DNA of 32,000 nucleotides. Source: Vibrio cholerae ATCC 14035. GTDB lineage: Bacteria > Pseudomonadota > Gammaproteobacteria > Enterobacterales > Vibrionaceae. A model generated the notes under the pieces. The model was not told the origin of the DNA. It made no database searches and saw only the letters and a program-made list of their open reading frames with translations. The stretch lies in contig NZ_KK211322.1 of the NCBI RefSeq assembly GCF_000621645.1, positions 19,532-51,531 of the forward strand. Reading direction: 5' to 3'. Positions 27,105 through 32,000 of the stretch are shown one piece after another. Within the stretch, counting starts at the first letter, position 1; each line of letters begins with the position of its first letter. The translations under genes were made by a program, and so were the position numbers.

Positions 27105-29687
27105 ATGTTTATGAGCACGGATGAGGTGCGCCGCGCGTTCCTCTCATTCTTTGAAAGCAAAGGTCACCAAATTGTAGAAAGTTCTTCTCTGGTGCCTGCT
27201 AACGATCCGACCCTGCTGTTTACCAACGCAGGGATGAACCAATTTAAAGACTGTTTCTTGGGCTTGGAAAAGCGCGCCTACACTCGCGCCACGACCGCTC
27301 AACGTTGTGTCCGCGCGGGCGGTAAGCACAACGACCTAGAAAACGTCGGTTTCACCGCACGTCACCACACTTTCTTCGAAATGCTGGGTAACTTCAGTTT
27401 CGGTGACTATTTCAAAGAAGATGCGATCCAGTATGCATGGGAGTTTCTGACTGACGTTCTGCAACTGCCGAAAGAGCGCTTGCTTGTGACGGTTTATGAA
27501 ACCGATGATGAAGCCTTTGATATTTGGAATAAAAAAGTCGGCATTCCTGCTGATCGCATTATTCGTATCGGCGATAAAAAAGGCGGCAAGAAGTTCGATT
27601 CGGATAACTTCTGGCAGATGGGTGACACTGGTCCTTGCGGTCCATGTACTGAAATCTTCTACGACCACGGTGACCACATTTGGGGTGGACCTCCAGGCTC
27701 ACCTGAGGAAGATGGCGATCGTTTTATCGAAATCTGGAACAACGTTTTCATGCAGTTCAACCGTCATGCGGATGGCACGATGGAGCCGCTACCTAAGCCG
27801 TCTGTGGACACGGGCATGGGTATTGAGCGTATTTCCGCGATCATGCAAGGCGTGCACTCCAACTACGAAATCGACGTATTCCAAACGCTGATCAAAGCAG
27901 CCGCAGACGCAATTGGTTACCAAGATCTGACTAATCAGTCTCTGCGCGTTGTCGCGGATCACATCCGTTCATGTGCCTTTTTGATTGTGGATGGCGTGAT
28001 GCCGTCTAACGAAGGTCGTGGTTATGTACTGCGTCGTATCATTCGTCGTGCCGTTCGTCATGGCAATAAGCTCGGTGCGCAAGGTGCATTCTTCCACAAG
28101 TTGGTGGGACCATTGGCGGAAGTGATGGGTACTGCAGGCGTTGAGCTGAAAAAGCAGCAAGCTCTGGTTGAAAAAGTGCTACGTATCGAAGAAGAAAACT
28201 TTGGACGTACGCTGGATCGCGGCATGAGCATTCTGAATGACGCGCTGGATCAACTATCAGGCCAAGTGCTGGATGGTGAAACCGTCTTCAAACTCTACGA
28301 CACCTACGGCTTCCCTGCGGATTTAACCAATGATGTGGCGCGTGAGCGTGGCTTTAGCATTGATGAAGCGGGTTTTGAACAAGCGATGGAAGAGCAGCGT
28401 CAACGCGCTCGTGAGGCCGGCCAATTTGGTACGGACTATAATTCGCTGATCAAATCCGCCACCAATACCGAATTCTGCGGTTACACGGCGAGTCGTGGCC
28501 AAAGTGTGGTACGCGAAATGTTCGTGGAGGGCGCGGAAGTTTCTACGCTGTCAGCCGGTGATAAAGCCATCATCGTACTAGACAACACGCCATTCTACGC
28601 AGAATCAGGTGGTCAATGCGGCGATACTGGCGTTTTGAAAACCGACGCAGGTATTTTCCATGTTGAAGATACTCAAAAATTAGGTAACGCGATTGCGCAT
28701 CACGGTGTGCTCGCCCAAGGCGTATTGGCGACAGGCGATCAGGTGGATGCCATCGTCGATGAAAAGCGCCGTGCGGCAATTTCGCTGAACCACTCGGCGA
28801 CTCACTTGTTGCATGCTGCACTACGTAAAGTGCTGGGTGAACACGTGGCGCAGAAAGGCTCTCTAGTGCGTGCTGAAACACTGCGTTTTGACTTCTCACA
28901 TCTGGAAGCGATGACCGCTGCAGAGATTAAAGAAGTAGAACGTTTAGTGAACCAAGAAGTTCGTCGTAACCACAGTATCGAAACCAACATCATGAATATT
29001 GATGAAGCGAAAGCGAAAGGTGCGATGGCGCTGTTTGGTGAGAAATATGATGACCAAGTGCGCGTGCTGTCGATGGGCGACTTCTCAACTGAGCTGTGTG
29101 GTGGTATCCACGCGAGCAACACGGGTGATATTGGTCTGTTTAAGATCATCTCTGAAGGTGGTATTGCTGCGGGTATTCGCCGTATTGAAGCGGTGACTGG
29201 TGAAGGCGCATTAGATTACCTCGACGCACAGCAAGCACAGCATGATGCCAAAGTGTCTGAAATGGCGGCAAAAGCCAAACTGCTGGAGAAAGAGATCCAA
29301 CAGTTGAAAGATAAGCTGGCGGCGAAAGAGAGCGCGGGTCTTATCAACCAAGTTAAGCAGATCGCGGGTGTTAACGTACTGGTTGCGCAGCTCAACGGTG
29401 CAGACAACAAAGCGCTACGTGGCATGGTAGATGATCTCAAAAACCAATTAAGCAGCGGCATCATCATGCTGGGTAATGTGGCTGAAGGCAAAGTTGGCCT
29501 AATTGCGGGCGTAACCAACGATTTGACTAATAAAGTCAAAGCGGGTGAGCTGGTCAACATGGTCGCACTACAAGTCGGTGGTAAGGGTGGTGGCCGCCCT
29601 GACATGGCTCAAGCTGGAGGGACAGATGCTCACGCTCTGCCATCGGCCTTAGAGTCTGTCGACGCTTGGATTGCCGAGCGTCTATAA
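27105..29687 (+). CDS. alaS: Alanine--tRNA ligase AlaS (860 aa)
   Basis: [80 protein letters not shown] is collinear with E. coli AlaRS. The editing-domain [11 protein letters not shown] and the C-terminal [12 protein letters not shown] are present. AGGAAG Shine-Dalgarno 6 nt before ATG 27105 (ATG 27111 is the alternative). Confidence 0.98.
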   Translation: MFMSTDEVRRAFLSFFESKGHQIVESSSLVPANDPTLLFTNAGMNQFKDCFLGLEKRAYTRATTAQRCVRAGGKHNDLENVGFTARHHTFFEMLGNFSFGDYFKEDAIQYAWEFLTDVLQLPKERLLVTVYETDDEAFDIWNKKVGIPADRIIRIGDKKGGKKFDSDNFWQMGDTGPCGPCTEIFYDHGDHIWGGPPGSPEEDGDRFIEIWNNVFMQFNRHADGTMEPLPKPSVDTGMGIERISAIMQGVHSNYEIDVFQTLIKAAADAIGYQDLTNQSLRVVADHIRSCAFLIVDGVMPSNEGRGYVLRRIIRRAVRHGNKLGAQGAFFHKLVGPLAEVMGTAGVELKKQQALVEKVLRIEEENFGRTLDRGMSILNDALDQLSGQVLDGETVFKLYDTYGFPADLTNDVARERGFSIDEAGFEQAMEEQRQRAREAGQFGTDYNSLIKSATNTEFCGYTASRGQSVVREMFVEGAEVSTLSAGDKAIIVLDNTPFYAESGGQCGDTGVLKTDAGIFHVEDTQKLGNAIAHHGVLAQGVLATGDQVDAIVDEKRRAAISLNHSATHLLHAALRKVLGEHVAQKGSLVRAETLRFDFSHLEAMTAAEIKEVERLVNQEVRRNHSIETNIMNIDEAKAKGAMALFGEKYDDQVRVLSMGDFSTELCGGIHASNTGDIGLFKIISEGGIAAGIRRIEAVTGEGALDYLDAQQAQHDAKVSEMAAKAKLLEKEIQQLKDKLAAKESAGLINQVKQIAGVNVLVAQLNGADNKALRGMVDDLKNQLSSGIIMLGNVAEGKVGLIAGVTNDLTNKVKAGELVNMVALQVGGKGGGRPDMAQAGGTDAHALPSALESVDAWIAERL

Positions 29688-29700
29688 CAGTGATAAATAG

Positions 29701-29740
29701 ATTACGCTCAATCAATATTTGTTGATTGAGCGTAATTTTA
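29701..29740 (+). terminator. Rho-independent terminator after alaS
   Basis: 15-bp perfect stem attacgctcaatcaa (29701-29715) / ttgattgagcgtaat (29722-29736) with a 6-nt loop, followed by TTTTA. Confidence 0.7.
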
Positions 29741-29749
29741 TCTGGTCTA

Positions 29750-29808
29750 CCAAGTGGTTTAATTGGCGCAAATATAGACTAAGCCAATTAGCCGCTTGGT
29801 TTTATTTT
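29750..29808 (+). terminator. Second terminator-like stem-loop with a U-run (tandem terminator, or a leader structure of the aspartokinase gene)
   Basis: Imperfect stem of about 16 bp, ccaagtggtttaattggc (29750-29767) / gccaattagccgcttgg (29783-29799), with a 15-nt loop, followed by TTTTATTTT (29800-29808). Confidence 0.5.
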
Positions 29809-29890
29809 GGTGACGATCAAACCTTGTTCGACATGTATGTTAAGCAAGTTTGATCCCGATGAGACTTTGGTCTTGGGAAGGTGAATACTG

Positions 29891-31078
29891 GTGAAAAAGC
29901 CCCTTATCGTGCAAAAGTTCGGCGGAACTTCGGTGGGTTCAATAGAAAGAATGCAAACCGTAGCCGAACACATCATTAAGGCGAAGAATGATGGCAATCA
30001 AGTTGTCGTAGTGGTCTCTGCCATGGCAGGGGAAACCAATCGACTGGTGGGTTTAGCTCAACAAGTAGATAGCGTACCAAACGCTAGAGAACTTGATGTT
30101 TTGCTCTCTGCTGGTGAGCAGGTGTCAATGGCCTTAGTGGCAATGACACTGCACAAAATGGGCTATGCCGCCCGCTCACTAACCGGAGCTCAAGCGAATA
30201 TTGTGACGGACAATCAACACAATGACGCGACGATTAAACATATTGATACTCGAACGATTACCGAGTTGCTAGAACAAGATTTTATTGTGATAGTCGCGGG
30301 TTTTCAGGGCATTAATGAAAATGGGGATATCACTACGTTAGGCCGTGGTGGCTCAGACACCAGTGCTGTGGCATTGGCTGGGGCACTGAATGCCGACGAA
30401 TGCCAAATATTCACTGATGTCGATGGGATATACACTTGTGATCCACGCATTGTACCAAGTGCTCGTAAGCTGGATGTGATTGATTTTCCTTCCATGGAAG
30501 AGATGGCGCGCAAAGGTGCAAAAGTGTTGCACCTACCGTGCGTGCAGTATGCTTGGAAGCATGCAGTGCCACTCAGAGTGCTCTCTACCTTTGAAGTGAA
30601 CCAAGGCAGTTTAATTAAAGGCAGTGCCGCAACTCACGCAGTATGTGGTATTGCTCTTCAGCGCGATATGGCGCTGATAAGAGTGGAGAGTGAATCTTTC
30701 CCAAGCATCATCAAGCAGTGCCAAATGCTCGGCATTGAAGTCTGCACAACCATTGAAGAGCCTACCAATAGTGCATTTGTGATTAAACGCGATGCTTATG
30801 CCAAGCTACAATTAGTCGGCGCAGATAAAATTCGTGGTTCAGAGCCCGTGAGCCTCATCACCAAGGTCGGTATACAAGCCGGGGCATTAGTTGCCCATGC
30901 ACGTCAGACCTTAGCGCAACATGGCATCGATGTGCGTTATGTCTCGGCCTCGGAACAATCATCTATGCTAATGTTAGACCCTGCAAATGTGGATCGTGCG
31001 GCAAATATTTTGCACGAGACCTATGTGACGTCGGAAATCCCTCAAGAGTTTGGTCTAAAACAAACCTTTTTAGGTTAA
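29891..31078 (+). CDS. lysC: Monofunctional aspartate kinase, LysC-type (Bacillus/Pseudomonas class) (395 aa), GTG start
   Basis: VQKFGGTSVGSIERM (KFGGTS kinase motif), VVVVSAMAGETNRL, TLGRGGSDTSAVALA and IFTDVDGIYTCDPRIV, plus C-terminal ACT-like repeats. GTG at 29891 has a GGAAGGTG Shine-Dalgarno ending 7 nt upstream. The symbol is by analogy only; the regulatory specificity is unknown. Confidence 0.88.
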   Translation: MKKPLIVQKFGGTSVGSIERMQTVAEHIIKAKNDGNQVVVVVSAMAGETNRLVGLAQQVDSVPNARELDVLLSAGEQVSMALVAMTLHKMGYAARSLTGAQANIVTDNQHNDATIKHIDTRTITELLEQDFIVIVAGFQGINENGDITTLGRGGSDTSAVALAGALNADECQIFTDVDGIYTCDPRIVPSARKLDVIDFPSMEEMARKGAKVLHLPCVQYAWKHAVPLRVLSTFEVNQGSLIKGSAATHAVCGIALQRDMALIRVESESFPSIIKQCQMLGIEVCTTIEEPTNSAFVIKRDAYAKLQLVGADKIRGSEPVSLITKVGIQAGALVAHARQTLAQHGIDVRYVSASEQSSMLMLDPANVDRAANILHETYVTSEIPQEFGLKQTFLG

Positions 31079-31095
31079 ACGGGCACCATTGAGAG

Positions 31096-31125
31096 TTTAC
31101 GATGTCATAACTTTTGATGGATAAT
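31096..31125 (+). promoter_or_regulatory. Candidate sigma70 promoter for csrA
   Basis: TTTACG (31096-31101), an 18-nt spacer, then GATAAT (31120-31125), about 45 nt upstream of the csrA ATG. This is a hexamer match only. Confidence 0.3.
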
Positions 31126-31169
31126 AGTGTGGTTGCAAGAAAATACAGAGATTACTCAAGGAGCTAAGA

Positions 31170-31367
31170 ATGCTTATTTTGACTCGCCGTGTTGGCGAAA
31201 CCCTGATGATCGGTGACGAAGTGACCGTGACAGTATTAGGTGTAAAAGGTAACCAAGTCCGTATCGGTGTAAACGCACCGAAAGAAGTGTCTGTGCACCG
31301 TGAAGAAATCTACATGCGCATTCAAGCTGAAAAAGGTAATGGTGGCGTTGCGTCTGGCAACTACTAA
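31170..31367 (+). CDS. csrA: Carbon storage regulator CsrA (65 aa)
   Basis: [55 protein letters not shown] is near-identical to E. coli CsrA. AAGGAG Shine-Dalgarno upstream. Confidence 0.98.
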   Translation: MLILTRRVGETLMIGDEVTVTVLGVKGNQVRIGVNAPKEVSVHREEIYMRIQAEKGNGGVASGNY

Positions 31368-31376
31368 TTATCGAAG

Positions 31377-31409
31377 AAAGGTCGGCCGTTAACGCCGACC
31401 TTTTTGTTT
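31377..31409 (+). terminator. Rho-independent terminator after csrA
   Basis: 10-bp stem aaaggtcggc (31377-31386) / gccgaccttt (31394-31403) with a 7-nt loop, followed by TTGTTT. Confidence 0.85.
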
Positions 31410-31505
31410 ATCCCCGTGTTTTTATTTAGAAAGTGCAAATTCTCAGCGCTTTGGTTAATTTGCCAACGGTTGAGTTGTTTTGCCGAGTTTTCACCAAGAA
31501 AGTGT

Positions 31506-31533
31506 TTGACATATTTTTGGTAAATCGTAATAT
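31506..31533 (+). promoter_or_regulatory. Promoter of the tRNA Ser-Arg array
   Basis: Consensus -35 TTGACA (31506-31511), a 16-nt spacer, and -10 TAATAT (31528-31533). A GC-rich discriminator, GTGCCTCCGC, follows and is typical of stringently controlled stable-RNA promoters. The first tRNA starts at 31549. Confidence 0.7.
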
Positions 31534-31548
31534 GTGCCTCCGCAAGAC

Positions 31549-31641
31549 GGTGAGGTGGCCGAGAGGCTGAAGGCGCTCCCCTGCTAAGGGAGTATACGGT
31601 TTATAGCCGTATCGAGGGTTCGAATCCCTCCTTCACCGCCA
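31549..31641 (+). tRNA. tRNA-Ser (anticodon GCU), copy 1
   Basis: GGTGAGGTGGCCGAGAGGCTGAAGGCGCTCCCCTGCTAAGGGAG... with a long variable arm (tatacggtttatagccgtat), T-arm GAGGGTTCGAATCCCTC and an encoded CCA. The acceptor 3' strand CTTCACC gives a G6-U67 wobble. Confidence 0.95.
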
Positions 31642-31674
31642 TTTCTTGCAATGCTTATTTCGATAAGCCACAGC

Positions 31675-31751
31675 GCGTCCGTAGCTCAGCTGGATAGAGT
31701 ACCTGGCTACGAACCAGGCGGTCAGAGGTTCGAATCCTCTCGGACGCGCCA
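31675..31751 (+). tRNA. tRNA-Arg (anticodon ACG), copy 1
   Basis: GCGTCCGTAGCTCAGCTGGATAGAGTACCTGGCTACGAACCAGGCGGTCAGAGGTTCGAATCCTCTCGGACGCGCCA. It is 77 nt, has an encoded CCA and is very close to E. coli argV-type tRNA. Confidence 0.96.
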
Positions 31752-31773
31752 TATTCTTCTGGAATATAAAAGT

Positions 31774-31866
31774 GGTGAGGTGGCCGAGAGGCTGAAGGCG
31801 CTCCCCTGCTAAGGGAGTATACGGTTTATAGCCGTATCGAGGGTTCGAATCCCTCCCTCACCGCCA
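31774..31866 (+). tRNA. tRNA-Ser (anticodon GCU), copy 2
   Basis: Identical to copy 1 except C at 31857 where copy 1 has T at 31632. This restores a G6-C67 pair in the acceptor stem. Confidence 0.95.
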
Positions 31867-31932
31867 TTTATTGGCCTATGGTCAATTTTTTTGTTCTAGA
31901 AGAAAATATTTGTGATATAGTTCACAACCTGC

Positions 31933-32000
31933 GCGCTCGTAGCTCAGCTGGATAGAGTACCTGGCTACGAACCAGGCGGTCAGAGGTTCGAATCCTCTCG
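31933..32000 (+). tRNA. tRNA-Arg (anticodon ACG), copy 2; the 3' end is cut by the window edge
   Basis: GCGCTCGTAGCTCAGCTGGATAGAGTACCTGGCTACGAACCAGGCGGTCAGAGGTTCGAATCCTCTCG... The body is identical to copy 1, but the acceptor 5' strand is GCGCTCG rather than GCGTCCG. About 9 nt are missing beyond base 32000. Confidence 0.9.

Noticed and set aside
29741-29890. Possible lysine riboswitch (L-box) in front of the aspartokinase gene
   Set aside because: The available leader is under 150 nt, shorter than the five-helix L-box of about 180 nt. I cannot find its conserved AGAGGCGC / GGGAG-type junction sequences. Only generic hairpins are present.
1-32000. Window-wide look for CRISPR repeats, IS or transposase and integrase genes, prophage or defence-island genes, toxin-antitoxin pairs, and long tandem repeats
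   Set aside because: None was found. Every long ORF is a recognisable housekeeping gene in conserved synteny. The only mobile-type sequence is the non-autonomous ERIC-like repeat at 20190-20317.

Overview
This window is conserved housekeeping core of a Vibrio chromosome. Gene order and protein sequences look like the Vibrio cholerae chromosome 1 stretch from rpoD to csrA; that species call is from memory, not a search. Well-known genes account for almost every base. In order: a partial acyltransferase, tRNA-Ile2(CAU) and the rpsU-yqeY-dnaG-rpoD macromolecular-synthesis operon (minus); tsaD and an alpha/beta hydrolase (plus); plsY (minus); folB, a folK-like gene and uppP, then ftsB-ispD-ispF-truD-surE-pcm-nlpD-rpoS (plus); mutS and cysM (minus); cysP-cysT-cysW-cysA, pncC, recA with a textbook SOS box, recX, alaS, a LysC-type aspartokinase, csrA and a Ser-Arg-Ser-Arg tRNA array (plus). 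Many junctions are translationally coupled: ATGA overlaps at folB/folK, folK/uppP, ftsB/ispD, ispD/ispF and cysW/cysA, an 8-nt overlap at surE/pcm and a 1-nt overlap at pcm/nlpD. I see no CRISPR array, IS or transposase, integrase, phage, toxin-antitoxin or defence-type gene, and no orphan operon. I therefore do not think this window holds a novel multi-gene system. What merits a second look is small and mostly non-coding. There is an ERIC/IRU-like 128-bp palindromic repeat between the divergent cysM and cysP. A divergent second HPPK-like gene is coupled between folB and uppP. The ORF-free cysM-mutS spacer is structured. Strong terminators sit directly in front of ftsB and the aspartokinase gene. 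Hairpins precede both tRNA-Arg genes, and one of them is a perfect TGTGA-N6-TCACA palindrome. There is also an operator-like inverted repeat in the 467-bp gene-free stretch at the left end. Several track ORFs were trimmed to internal starts by comparison with remembered E. coli N-termini.
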